A stretch of 63,781 nucleotides of DNA, counting the filler, from Pelomyxa schiedti (taxonomy: Eukaryota; Protista; Evosea): NCBI GenBank assembly GCA_020536535.1. It is 12 parts of 12 records of this genome, joined end to end, with 100 filler letters (N's around TTAATTAATTAA, not from the genome) between each part and the next. Parts side by side here need not be neighbours in the genome. Positions count along the whole stretch, not along the records: positions 10,554 to 18,124 come from JAHLWZ010000581.1; positions 18,225 to 25,767 come from JAHLWZ010001354.1; 10 more parts are not named here. One strand, written 5' to 3'. This document shows, piece by piece, positions 11,676 through 23,926 of this stretch. Numbering within the stretch: the stretch's first letter is position 1; every line of letters starts with the position of its first letter. A program made the position numbers and the translations under genes. The notes beneath the pieces are model-generated. The model saw only the letters and a program-made list of their open reading frames with translations, searched no databases and was not told the origin of the DNA.

Positions 11676-13666
11676 ATGGGCATGCTCACCACTTCTGACA
11701 CCACACGGTCGAAATTCGTGACTTTGGGGCTGGCCGCAGCAATGCTAGTTTGCGGTTGTGGGACAACAATCACTCTGGATGTCATTGATGCCACAGAGTA
11801 CGTACTTGCACCTCTTCCGTGAACCATAAATTGATAAAAATTATAAGTGCGTTTGTGGCAGCGGTGGTACAACCAAACTCACAACAGTCGTGTGTTTCAG
11901 ATCTCCGGGATGGCAGGGTGACGTTCATTTGTTCTCACACCCTTGGATACAAACACTTTTTATGTTTATCGGTAATTGCACCACCTTTTTGTCGGATCTC
12001 ATTTTTTTTTTTTGCACAGGGGAGTCTCTGGCAGTTGGTTTCGCGCTTTATCAAATTGGAGAGCGTATGAGGTAGACACTACTCACAAAAGCCTCTATTT
12101 CTACTGTTCTCATTATTGTGTGGTGCAGGGAACAGAACAAGGCAACTTTTCAGTACGAGGTTTGACAAATACAAATAAATATACGCAAAGTCCGGTCTCT
12201 TTTCTTATCGTAAAATAAGATGGTCCAGAAACCAACGCTTTTGAATCGCGCACGTGTCATGCTGAATAATAAAATCCTGGCTCCAACATTGCTGGATTTA
12301 CTCAGCAGTGCTCTTGGATGTAAGATTCTGCCAAATCATCACCAACAAGGTCCATTTGACCACTGTTCCAGGTATAGGACTTTTATACTGTGCGGCTTCT
12401 ATTTGGCAGATGTTGCGCGGTTCAGTTGTCATTTTTGCAGCCATTATCTCTGTGATTCTGAAGCAACGCCAGCGGTCCTACCGCTGGATTGCCGTTGGAA
12501 TTACTCTGGTTGGCATAGTTGTTGCTGGCCTAACTGATATACTGAACACCGCTTTTGCTGACAGGAAACCCTCATCCTCATCATCATCGTATTTGCATTC
12601 TGTGGCTGTCAATGACCAACTCGTTCCGGAAGTATACCAGCACATATTTGGGATTGTCATCGTAATAGTTGCACAAATTCCCCGGGCATGCAAGTCAGTG
12701 CTGGAGGAAAAATATCTCAAGCTGTATCAGTTCATGCCCTCACAAATTCTCGGTTCTGAAGGAGTTTTTGGCACAGCAGCGATGTGCTTGATACTGCCAG
12801 TGTTATGTGTGATCCCCGGGAAAAATGTTTTTGAACTTCCCTTTAACAATGAATTCATTAACCATTCTAGGTGTCTCCACTGCCGTATAACACTTATGAA
12901 TGCATTGCCGATGCAGCTCTTCAGCTGTGGAACACCCCCTGGCTGTTGGGGATGGCTCTACTGTACATTACGTTTGCCTTCCTGTATGGTGTGGTGGCAC
13001 TCTACATAACGGGACGGCTATCGGCCGTAGACCGCACACTAGTAGATTCCTGCCGAACAATATTCGTTTGGGTTTGTGATTTATTCATCTACTATGTAAT
13101 CAGTAGGCAATATGGGGATCCCTGGACTTCTTTCTCTTGGCTCCAAGGTATGTTGCCTTTTTTGGTTCCCCATGCATTCTAAGTCCTATTTAAGTCTGTT
13201 CACTGGTCCTGATGATCTCCGGGACTCTTATATCCAACGCAGTTATAAAATTCCCGTGCATTGATTACGATCAGGAGCTGCCACCCACTAACTGGGCTGA
13301 ACAAAAACCACAAACATCTGACAGTGTCAGTGNNNNNNNNNNNNNNNNNNNNNNNNNNNNNNNNNNNNNNNNNNNNNNNNNNNNNNNNNNNNNNNNNNNN
13401 NNNNNNNNNNNNNNNNNNNNNNNNNNNNNNNNATGATCTCCGGGACTCTTATATCCAACGCAGTTATAAAATTCCCGTGCATTGATTACGATCAGGAGCT
13501 GCCACCCACTAACTGGGCTGAACAAAAACCACAAACATCTGACAGTGTCAGTGAGGAGCCGCTACTTACCATCAACGACCTGGAAATTCCCTCCATCACA
13601 CCCTCACCACCACCCTCCATCACACAAGGCGATGACAACAATGAACGCTACGTCGGCGATGTGTAG
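11676..13666 (+). CDS. SLC35F-type (DMT superfamily, SLC35F6-like) transporter; multi-exon
   Basis: FSHPWIQTLFMFIG|ESL, PTLLDL, ASIWQMLRGSVVIFAA, VLEEKYLK, GSEGVFG, LSAVDRTLVDSCRTIFVW, and multiple hydrophobic helices. Confidence 0.87.
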
Positions 13667-13730
13667 TAATTGTAAATATCATAACATAAACCCAAAACCC
13701 CACAACCAGCTAAGGTAAAAAGAAAATTAG

Positions 13731-13802
13731 TGGCCCCGCTCAGAATCGAACTGAGATCAAGAGAGCCAAAATCTCCCATACTAACCATTATACTACGGAG
13801 CC
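13731..13802 (-). tRNA. tRNA-Gln (UUG)
   Basis: Reverse complement GGCTCCGTAGTATAATGGTTAGTATGGGAGATTTTGGCTCTCTTGATCTCAGTTCGATTCTGAGCGGGGCCA is 72 nt, folds as a cloverleaf, and has a TTG anticodon and a GTTCGA T-loop. Confidence 0.93.
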
Positions 13803-13904
13803 TCTGCCTGTCCTTGTCTCTCAAGTTGACGGCGCCTAGAACACCTGGTAGAAGGCACAAACAGTTGGATGGGCCCTCGTTTCTGCCCGCTAGACTTCAG
13901 AAAT

Positions 13905-13994
13905 GCTCTGGTAGCTCAGTTGGTTAGAGCGCGGTACTTATAAGAACAGTATTGAGTCATGCTGAGGTCGTGGGTTCGATCCCCACCCGGAGCA
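13905..13994 (+). tRNA. tRNA-Ile (UAU) with 16-nt intron (13943-13958)
   Basis: GCTCTGG TAGCTCAGTTGGTTAGAGC GCGGTA CTTATA [intron] A TGCTG AGGTC GTGGGTTCGATCCCCAC CCGGAGC A. The intron is at the canonical 37/38 position. Confidence 0.93.
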
Positions 13995-14078
13995 GATTTT
14001 TTCTCTTGTTTCTCCCTGAAGTTCTTGGAACTTTCAAAGACTGTGTTTTTTTTTATCAGACGACTTCCCTTTGGCAAC

Positions 14079-15230
14079 ATGTCATCGTCGTGGACCGTAA
14101 CAGACGACAAAGACGCGGTCGCGGGCGTGACGGCCCGCGCGTACACGACGACGCGGGGCCAGATGGGCGCCCTGGCCGCGGCGGCCACGGTCGGGCGGTG
14201 CGGGGCGGGGAGCCCCATGGTGGCGGTCATGGGCCGCGGCCACGCCGCCTGGCTCGTCCGCTCCCTGTGGTCCGACCTCGTCCGCCCCACCCTGCGCACG
14301 TTCCTGCTCGACGTCGGCACCCGGTACTACGTAGCGGGCAGGCTCGCCGTCACCATCTCGCCCGTGCTGCTCAGCGTCGCCCCCGGCGGCCCGCGGCGGG
14401 TCCCTGGGCACCCAGTCTGGACCAGCAGACCCCAGGCCCAGCTGGACCTAAACACCCCAGTCGAGTGGGGGTCTTTCAGGGAGGTTCTGCACGTGATTAC
14501 GGGATCTCGCGACGTGCCGGTGGCCAAGATGCCAAGGGGCTCGGCTTACAAGAGTGTGGTGTGTGGACCGGGATGGGCCGTCACGGCTTCGACTATGTAC
14601 CGTGAGGGCACACCTGTGACACTGACTGTGGCTCCACTGATGGGTGAGATACTGTGGGGCGAGTGCACCCGCGCAAGCAGGGGTGCTGAGGAAGACGAGT
14701 TCCTTGGCCGCACGGCTGTTGCTGTGGAGATGCCACAGCTTGTGGGCACTGGCACTGTCCACGTGTATACTGACAAGTCGGTTGGTGGCGAGGTCATTGT
14801 CACCCAGTCAAAGGCAAACGGGGCTGTGATTGTTGTTGTTGATGTGGAGGAGACACACAACAGCAGGAGCCTGGCTGTGTTGAGCACAACCACGTGCGAG
14901 TTCCCCCTTGGCCACTCGTTTGTTTCTCTTGTTGTGATGAGGAACTGGGATCATCACTGCTCTTCCCAAGCTGTTGGATCACGCACCTTCATTGTAAACA
15001 CCCAGTTCAAGCAGTCATATCATGAAGCATTCCATGTGCAGGAACACACTGCAGTTTCCCTTTCAATCTTGCGGCATGTTGTTGATGTGTTCCATGTGTC
15101 TGACACCCTGTTCTGTGCATCCTTCCACACAAACAAGCTGCAAGAGTGGTTTAATCTCTACCACCGTGATAACCCAACCCAACCAATTGAGCTGGCACCA
15201 TCAATCAGTCACACAAGGGGAACACAGTGA
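14079..15230 (+). CDS. Uncharacterised expanded-family protein (member F1)
   Basis: Long intronless ORF with an N-terminal RGQMGALA..RCGAGSP..LWSDLVRP module followed by a beta-rich region. The 3' end may continue in another frame. Confidence 0.65.
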   Translation: MSSSWTVTDDKDAVAGVTARAYTTTRGQMGALAAAATVGRCGAGSPMVAVMGRGHAAWLVRSLWSDLVRPTLRTFLLDVGTRYYVAGRLAVTISPVLLSVAPGGPRRVPGHPVWTSRPQAQLDLNTPVEWGSFREVLHVITGSRDVPVAKMPRGSAYKSVVCGPGWAVTASTMYREGTPVTLTVAPLMGEILWGECTRASRGAEEDEFLGRTAVAVEMPQLVGTGTVHVYTDKSVGGEVIVTQSKANGAVIVVVDVEETHNSRSLAVLSTTTCEFPLGHSFVSLVVMRNWDHHCSSQAVGSRTFIVNTQFKQSYHEAFHVQEHTAVSLSILRHVVDVFHVSDTLFCASFHTNKLQEWFNLYHRDNPTQPIELAPSISHTRGTQ

Positions 15231-15584
15231 GGAAGTTCATGGCTCATTCTGGATTCATTTTTGGTGTGTTTGGCAATGAGTATCTGAGTGGAAGGTATCC
15301 ACAAAGAAAAAGAGTTATTGGGTTTTCTATTATACTTCCCCTAAAACAGTTTACACTAGCCAGCTGGAGTGTTGTCTTCCAGCCAGCAAATTGTTTGACA
15401 ACCATCACATGGTGTGGGGGCTCACACAAGGGGTTGCACCCAGCAAGTTGTGTGTCAGCCAGATCGTTTGACAGCACTTGGCATGGGAGCTTACATCTCA
15501 GATGGAAGCTGACAAATTGGGAGCAAAAAGCCTGTCACAGTCAGTCTGTGGTGGGGAGCAACTTCTTGCAACACCACACGCACC

Positions 15585-15806
15585 CAACTACAGTTGACAC
15601 AGCGACAGCCTACAGTTGACCGCCCGACAACTTGCGACGGCCTACAGTTGACCGCGTCAATTCCACGGCCGACAACTTGCGACGGCCTACAGTTGACTGT
15701 CCGACAACTTGCGACAGCCTACAGTTGACCGTGTCAAATTCCACGGCTGACACCACGACGGCCTACAGTTGACCGCCTCAATTTGCAGCGCCCAACTACT
15801 GTCGAC
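15585..15806. repeat. Irregular direct-repeat cluster (CTACAGTTGAC x6 plus 1 degenerate; CCGACAACTTGCGAC x3)
   Basis: The core 11-mer starts at 15588, 15610, 15642, 15687, 15719 and 15763, with a degenerate CTACTGTCGAC near 15796. Confidence 0.9.
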
Positions 15807-18294
15807 CAAAAGAGTGGGGTGTTTGCTTGTTGGTCAATTACTCTTTTTTTTTTGAGCAGCCAAACACAGATGAATGGAAGTGCACCAACAACAACTCACA
15901 ATGATGCTGTTAATCTCTACATCTACACATGGCAGAGAACAACAACTCACAGCTATGGTTACCTCACTACCAAGCAACTTCTTGTTATGATGATATGGAT
16001 GGTCTTTGAGCGAGACAGAGGAATACCAATGCAATTACGAAAATCACAGTTACTATTTATTTTTATTAACACAACTGTTTCAAAGACTAGCTACACCATT
16101 ATGTTTTCACAGTACTTGTTCTAATTATTCATTCCACTGCTGGTGTATTTATTAGAACCGGAAATGGCAACAATAAGTGCTACTTGCACTAACAGACAGA
16201 ATATCTAAGCTGGAAATTCCAAACCTAATTAAAGTCTGTGAGGTAAATAATAAAAAGAAAAAAAGAAGCCACAAGGTTCCGGAAATGCGGAAACGATGTG
16301 GTGTATGCTGGCACTTTTAGGATATTCTCGGCACTGAAGCGACAATGCATCTTACAAAAGGATTAGTGCGGAAATGATGGGAAGCATGCATACGACATCA
16401 GGAAATGGTTCTGACAAACATGGGAATGCTAGATATACGAATGTAAATCATCCAAAGCTATGTAAAATTATTCCAACTCTGCTTATCCAAGACTCTGCTT
16501 CGTTTGTATTTATTTNNNNNNNNNNNNNNNNNNNNNNNNNNNNNNNNNNNNNNNNNNNNNNNNNNNNNNNNNNNNNNNNNNNNNNNNNNNNNNNNNNNNN
16601 NNNNNNNNNNNNNNNACATCAGGAAATGGTTCTGACAAACATGGGAATGCTAGATATACGAATGTAAATCATCCAAAGCTATGTAAAATTATTCCAACTC
16701 TGCTTATCCAAGACTCTGCTTCGTTTGTATTTATTTGTTGTTTTATTGGTTTGTATTTGCGTTTTATTAAGCAGTTAATGCTGTTGCATGCAACATATGT
16801 GAAAATGCAAGAATGGGAAACCAGGATTTACCATAAGTCCGCCAAGAGCAAGGAAATGGCTCAAGAAATAGGTCCTATTTGAAAAGTTGAGTCGGAAGAG
16901 GAACTGGAAAAGCAAAGAGGCTGATTCGGAAAAAAAGAAGAGTGCGGAAACTATGTGGAGTACTGAAAGAGCAAAACCTGACTTCCATTTGATGGAATGG
17001 GCATTGAGGCCTCTGGAGGAAGCAGGATGAGTCCAACCAGCTGCGCCAACATACCGCAAGTGCAGAGAGCGGTCTGATGGACCTGCAGTCAGACTGCTGC
17101 TCCAAATTAGTGCGAAAATGGAGAGGACCATGTGTACAACGCTCGGCAAGTGTTATTACAACTGCGGAGGTGCTAAATATGTGCATTCAAAGCTCACTGG
17201 AAAGACCAGAACTGAAACCAAAAGGAAATCACAAAAACCAAATCGTAGCTGAACTTCCCCTTCACCCTTCAAACTCAAATGAGTAACAGCAATAAATTAA
17301 CACTTACCACTCAAATCAGCTCCCCCAGCACTCTCTCAGTGAGCTGTGTAATGTAAGGAATTATCTTACAGCAAGTGGAGCCATACCAACAACAGGATGA
17401 TGCGGTTCAAGCATGGTATTCACTCAAACTGGAAGGCCGTAATGAGGAGACAGTTTACAATCAATCTGAATGCATTTGTGAGCCACACAAAAGTCACTTT
17501 ATACATCTAGCAAAGAGTTGATTCCTATTGGGCCAAGTCAGACATAGGAATTGCAACAATCCTGGACATACCACAAGGCTTTCTGACAAAAAAGCATAGG
17601 GATCACTTTTTGAGGTGCAGGATTACCCTTATACTGTCAGCACCAGCAGTTCTTCAGCAGATCTGAACATCTGAAGAAATTGAGAAATGAACCTGGAGTA
17701 ATCTCTTCCAACCCAGTACAGTCCCAATATGATCCATTGGCATGCATGCAGGTTGGAATACAACTTTCAAGCACTTCTGTCAGCGAATCCCTGGCCATTA
17801 ATTAGTCGGCTTTTAGATAAGAGGAAACCGCATACCAACGCAAAGGAATCATCGCTACTTATGCAAGGCTTTGCGCATAATTCTGAGGCTTCAATGCAGC
17901 AGAACAACTGGTAGCACAGCTGAACTCAGCAGAGTTGTGGCAAAGCTGGGAGTTGAGTCAGGAAAACCAAAGCCGATGTTCAGCACCATGTTTATTGGGG
18001 CCAATTTCCAATCAATATTTCTACCAGGGAGAATCTAAGTTTCACCAGTTTTGCAATGCAAATTCGTGGTAAGAGAGACCCAATCAATGAAAAACGAAAC
18101 GCTGTGCACGTGGAAGCAGAACACNNNNNNNNNNNNNNNNNNNNNNNNNNNNNNNNNNNNNNNNNNNNTTAATTAATTAANNNNNNNNNNNNNNNNNNNN
18201 NNNNNNNNNNNNNNNNNNNNNNNNGCCGTTTTTTTTTTTTTTTTTTTGATTCACGACCAAACAGCATCCTCCCAATTCACTCCTCTTTCCGTGA

Positions 18295-19030
18295 TCAAAC
18301 ATTTGTAGTAGTTGATGTAGGTGATGTAAGCCGGCATGACTGAACAATAATGAACACAAGGCTGGCTGATGTTGGCAAGTCCTCTCTGTCAAATTGGTGA
18401 GAAAGTGATCCGGTGCTTGACCACACTCACAAACACAGACGCAAACACACCGATAATGGAGAGGCATCACTGAACATGAGGTCCCCCACTGTTTCCGGCA
18501 ATGCCAGCCGTCGAGAGCGGCAATTTGGAGAGAGTGCGAAATAGTTCAGCATCAATTACCGGTAATTCCTCCTGGCGGAGAGAGTGCGCAATCGCCAGCT
18601 TCACCAAACTCACCAGTTTCAAATGTCTTCTAACCGGTATTGTTGAGACTGTGGGAAATTAAAAGTGCTTTTTTAATAATTTAGAGAAATTGATTGTATC
18701 ATTTTTATGATAAATATGAAGAGAGACAAGCAAACCAGCAACTTGTGTTTGTAATCAAAGAAATATTGCTGTAATTGGGTTGTAACGCACACAAAAGTCA
18801 CTTTGTGTCGGGGGAATGCCCGAAATACTGCGGCATAAACAAACCTTTGCTGGCGTATTTGGCACTTTGGCAGTTTAAGACCTGTTAACGACATTGGTGA
18901 GCCGTATTCTCAGTTGATTAATTGTTTGTCCTAAAGTAGTTGTTGGTCATTCTAGGGCACCAACCACTACAAAGCAATCAGCCTGATTTTGGTTTCTAAA
19001 TTCAAAGTGGCAGCCAACAACTGAGGAGTT
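18295..19030. repeat. About 740-bp segment duplicated at 23927-24707 (copy 1)
   Basis: Both copies start TCAAACATTTGTAGTAGTTGATGTAGG and end CAAAGTGGCAGCCAACAAC.GAGGAGTT. They differ by substitutions and indels and include a decayed kinase C-terminal fragment. Confidence 0.9.
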
Positions 19031-19069
19031 TCGCAATAACTGGTGAACATACTTACTATCTTCTTAGCT

Positions 19070-19180
19070 CTCCTTGCGCCCCAACCCAGTCGCCTTCGTA
19101 GGTGTCGCCGTCGGCTCCCCTCATGAACCCTCGGCCGTGCCTCACACCATCCTTCATGTCGCCATTGTTGCCCACTACTT
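19070..19180 (-). pseudogene. Orphan MORN-repeat N-terminal fragment
   Basis: Translates as NGDMKDGVRHGRGFMRGADGDTYEGDWVGRK and stops shortly after, next to the duplicated segment. Confidence 0.6.
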
Positions 19181-19347
19181 TGTTTGTTGGTGTTTTAGTT
19201 GTCGCTGTTGGGGCATCAGCTGTGGGTGTTGTTGTGTCTTTTTTTTTCAGACAATAAAATCAGAGACTTGACAGTTTTAACGGAGTGAAAAGTGAGCTTC
19301 ACTCCGTGCTCACCAGAAAAGTTCGTAGACTGCTTTGCATCTGGCGA

Positions 19348-22300
19348 TCATGATGACTGATGGGATGGTGCTGCGGAACTGTTGGAGGAACCAGCAGCAC
19401 AAAGGCGTATGAAAGGGGAGAGTGATGACAACCACTGCCCGATGTTCTCAGTGACTTGGTCTTCAGTCACCGCCACTGGGGCTATTGTTGTTGCTGTCAG
19501 TTGTTGGGCTCTGGCATTGTCATGCATCGTGGCGGATATGCAGCAACTATGCAGCAGCATCGCAATCACTGTGAACGGAATTCGGTTCCTTTCTGTGGGC
19601 GACGATCAGACTGGAATATAATGGCAAAGAACACACACCAAGAATGGAGAGGCATGACTGAACAACAAGGAACATGAGGTCAGTGATTGTTGTTGGCACG
19701 GTTCCACATGGCAATAGTAGTGGGGACTCTGTGGAGTGTGTGAAATAGTTCACGGCGTCAAGGCAAGCATTCCTCCTGCTGAGGCAGTGTGCAATTGCCG
19801 ATTCCCCTGCTTCAGAACAGAGTTTCCTCACCTCTTTTGAGTTTGTATTAGTATCTCTGGTGCATTTCAGAATGGAGAAAAACCATCAACATCATGAGGT
19901 TGAAGTGTTCTCATCTGTGCCTCCAAGAAGGCTGCTTGTGAGTGGAGTGGGAGCTTGTCAAAAGTGGAATCAACAATGCCACAGTTGATTATCTCAGTAA
20001 CAAGGATTCCAAATCCCCACACATCTCCTTTTTTTTTTTTGTTTGCCGATTTTAGTGATACAGCAGACAAACCTTCAATTCCATAGTGCGTTGTGAACAT
20101 TTGTGGGGCCATGTGAATTGCAGTTCCAGGAACAATCGATTGCGGTCCACTATTCACGGTCTGCATTCCACGGGATACACCTGTTGGTTTTGCATGTCCG
20201 AAGCAATGAGTTAGAATAGGCACGTTTGGGAGAGAAAGGGCACCCTTGTGCACACCAAAGTCACAAATCTTGGGATTCCCATTCGAGTCGAAAAGAACAT
20301 TGTTGCTGCTCAGGTCCCTGTGCATGTAGTTCTGCCTGTTGTTGTGACACACAATCACACATTGTGAGAAGCTGATTCAATTAATTGAAAGGGAAAACCT
20401 ATGGAGGCCATCCATTCCATTGGCAACTCCCAATGCAATGGAAACCACTTCTTTCAGGGTCAGTCGCTGTTTGGTTGAATCAGTCCTCACATGATTCAGA
20501 AGCTGCCTGAGACTGCAACACATGAGCTCAGACACAATCTGCAGTTTCCCTGATGTTGTTGTGCACGTGCCAAGGCACTTCACAATGTTGGGGTGCCTCA
20601 ATCCACTCACAATCTGTGTTTGTTGAGTAAACTATGCAATACGGAATGGAAAGGAAAACTTCAGCTTCCAATCTGAATCTCTCAACGTTGTGTGGTGATG
20701 CAATCACATCCAACAGTGTTTTCACAGCAACTTCCCTTGATGATGGTGTGTGGATGTACTTGTAAACAGTTCCGTAACACCCGCTCCCCAGTGTGGAAAC
20801 AAGGCTCAGGTGAGACTCTGGGATTGTCATCACTGGTGTCAGTCTCACTTTCAGTTGTGCAGCAATTTCTGCATCGTGTTAAATTGGGGGCAAAATAAAA
20901 AGCAAACCAGGAGCCGAATGTGGAAGAACAAGAGATGACAGCAGAGACAAGGTTGACGAAGTGCCTGAAAGTGACATCTCTGGTGAATCATCACCTTTTC
21001 TGACAGATACACCTACCAAGGAAACAACCTGTTGGTTTTCATCCACTCCAAAACGTTTCTCCACTTCCATCTTCACAACCTTTTTTTCTGTTGTGTTGTT
21101 TGGTTGGATCATTTGGTTGTACCTTTTCAAGAGGGCACAGTGAGCAAAAGGATTCCTGAAATGTAATGTTGTGTTTTTCCAATGTGACTTCAACTTTCTT
21201 CATCTCACACTGGTTTGTTAGAATTTGGTTATCCAAGTGGTCGTTGGATTTGGCCCACATTCCATGTTGAATGTGTTGCAATGTGTGCTCTATGTCTGCA
21301 CAATGTTTAGGTGAGATTGTTGACAAACGTGTGTTTGCACACATTGCTCTTGATCTTTGAACTCCTTGGTTTGAATTTTCATCACTTGGGGCATGCATTA
21401 ACTTAAGAAACAGAGAGGGGTTTATAAGCAAACAATTTACACACATTCTTCTTGTTCATCAAGTTGGTTTTGAAGACCTTCCAGTTTGCCACTTATCTGT
21501 CTCACTTCCTTTAGCACTGCCAGTTCATGTTCCAGCATTCTGACTTTGGCCTGGAAATTTTGTGGGAAACAAAAGGAAACTGGTCATGTGCACACATCAT
21601 TTAAAATATCACCACAACCAATGTGACAGCACAGTCCTTGTTCTCCATCACTTCTTGTTTCTCAGAAGGAAGATCCTTGGAATGCCCCAGCTAATTTAAC
21701 AGAACTGTGGAAAGAAGGCCCATAAACCCTGAACGTGGCCATGCCTTTCCCACAATCACCATTCATTGTGAATGTCCCAGTGAACTCGTCACCATTTGGC
21801 CACCTCTGTGTTCCTGACACAATCACACCCATCTCCCAGACACCCTCGATTGAAGTACCATCACATGCCCACGTTTTTGTGCCTGATCCATGTTCCTTTC
21901 CCATGATCCAATCTCCCACATACCTCGTCCCATCACCCCAAATCCTGGCACCCTTCCCATGGAACACGTCATCCTTCCAACCTCCAACATAACTCCCTCC
22001 CGTGCATCCAAACAGTATACTCCCATAACCGCTCCTCTTTCCATGATCAAACTGACCATGGTACATATCACCTGTTCCATCAGGTGAGTGCCATGTTCCG
22101 CGACCATGCCACTTGTGCTCTTCCCACTCACCCTCATACACTGTTTGCATACTTCCCCTCATATCACTGCAACGTGTTCTGTCTGTTTCCACAGTTGCTG
22201 CTGCAGCACCACCGCCGCCACCATTACTCGTTCCCATGTTATTCACCACTCTCCTTTGCACACCCCACCCCTGCATCTGAGTGCCACCTGCTGCGTCATT

Positions 22301-22522
22301 CCACACCCATTCTCCATCCCATACATCGACGCCACTTTGGCTGTGGCAGGTGCCCCTCTTGCGTCGGTCGGCCCGGTACAGCCCCTCAAACCACTCGCCG
22401 TCGAACCTGCGGTACACACCCCACCCGTCCCGCTTTTCATTGCGCCACTCACCCTCGTAGGTGCTGCCAGTGTCGTACACGTAGGACCGCCGCCCATGCA
22501 AGGCTCCCTCACCCTTCATCAT
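19348..22522 (-). CDS. MORN-repeat + coiled coil + TKL-type protein kinase; multi-exon
   Basis: Many YEGEW/HG.G MORN repeats in 21662-22522. Kinase motifs: LGSGCYGTVY, VAVK, LRHPNIV, HRDLSSNNVL, KICDFG, GTAIHMAPQMF, DVWGFG. Confidence 0.88.
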
Positions 22523-22659
22523 CTCAAACTTGTTTGCTTCCCCACTGACAAACTGGGTGTGGGGAGTTTGCAAACCACCCCCACATTTGTGTGTTGAAAC
22601 TACCGAATGACAGGTTGTTGTGGGAGTGCCTTGATTTTGGTGAAGGCGGCTCAGTCACT

Positions 22660-23150
22660 ACGCCAAGCGGCGATGCGGGAGTGTGTGTGAGATAGTTCCC
22701 GGCAAGACCGGCATTCAGTGTGCAATCGCCGACTCTCCAGCTTCAGACCACAGCCTCCTCACCTCTTTTGTTTGTTGTTAGAAAAAGAAAGTGCTCCATC
22801 AAATTGGGCAATATGTTCTCATTGTAATATTATATAATGTTTTTGGGAGAAATAACATTATTATGATAAATAAAGAGAAGAAGGTAAAAAGGTCACCCAA
22901 GAAATTTACTTGCATGCAAAGGGAGCTTGTCAAGGGTGATCAGCAATATCGCCGTTGATCATCTCAGCCATGAGCATTCCAAAGCCCCACAAATCCCCAG
23001 TTGGTTGTGTGGTGTAAAAGTAAAGGAAGAATTGGACGCAGGCCGCACCCCCGATGTCGTAGTTTGCATGGCACCACAGATGTTCCAGGAACAATGGTTT
23101 GCGGACCACTCAGGGATTGCTGGTTCATTCCACGCGGGATATTCCTGTTG
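22660..23150 (-). pseudogene. Decayed copy of MORN-kinase C-terminal exons
   Basis: Nucleotide similarity to 19740-19840 and 19945-20185 (e.g. GGGAGCTTGTCAA, ATTCCAAA.CCCCACA, GTTCCAGGAACAAT..TTGCGG.CCACT), with indels. Confidence 0.7.
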
Positions 23151-23220
23151 AATATCAGAAAGAAAGTTCAAGGTCTCACCGTAAATCGACGTCGAATGAC
23201 GGTGGAATCAATCACCAGGA

Positions 23221-23926
23221 GTGGGCCAGTCCACCCCCACACCACTTCCCACCGTTACGTACTGTTGGGACGGCCTCTCTGTCTGTAACCCAGACAAGAT
23301 GACTGTTCCTCAGATCTTGCACTGGATAAGGCAGTTTCAGGAAGTTGTTGCTGCTGAAGACTGGAGCGACGAGGAGGCAATCAAAGCGTTCAGGGAGTCA
23401 GTTGCTGGAAGTGCTAGTCAATGGATCTGTCGAAATCGTGAACAGCATTGTAGAAATCCTGGACGAGTTCCAGATGGAGTACATTAGCAGAGCTGAGTTA
23501 CAAAAATACAAGCACTACTTACGCACATGCAAACAGCAGTCAGACGAGTCTGTCAGAGTCTTCACCAAGAAGCTGGCACAGGAATGGAAAACGATCGAGC
23601 CAAATGTCAACATGCTAGAGCTGATAGACCGCATCACAAATTGTCTGATACCAGAGCTTCGCGAATGGGTCGCGTCTATGGAACCAACAAGCATCAATGA
23701 GCTCATCAGGTTCACAGGGTCTAGGGAAGCTGTGCTATGTAGAAGTCATACCGACAGCAAGGGGAAAGTGTTATACATCGACGACTACAACGAGGAGGAA
23801 GCACCACGAAAGCGGCGATACAACATGAAGTGCGACACCGACGACGAGTACGACAACGATGTACCAACTCGCTCGCACCTGTGTTTCACTCATCGAGTTC
23901 CGATTCGCAAGTTCACTAGCGTGAAT
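23221..23926 (+). mobile_element. Ty3/Gypsy-type retrotransposon gag (capsid) relic; frameshifted, no pol
   Basis: WIRQFQEVVAAEDWSDEEAIKAFRESVAGSASQW, a frame change near 23430-23445, then ILDEFQMEY..LRTCKQQSDESVRVF..LIPELREWVASMEPTSINELI (major-homology-region-like QxxxESV). Confidence 0.75.

Noticed and set aside
13213-13552. Exact about 120-bp direct repeats flanking 100-N gaps (also 16396-16735 and 41638-41977)
   Set aside because: Identical and of equal length on both sides of gaps; unmerged assembly overlaps.
16750-18124. Transposase call for stop-riddled coding-like sequence
   Set aside because: No diagnostic motif could be identified by eye.
22800-23030. Possible LTR and primer-binding site upstream of gag
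   Set aside because: No second LTR and no convincing tRNA complement; much of the region is kinase pseudogene.
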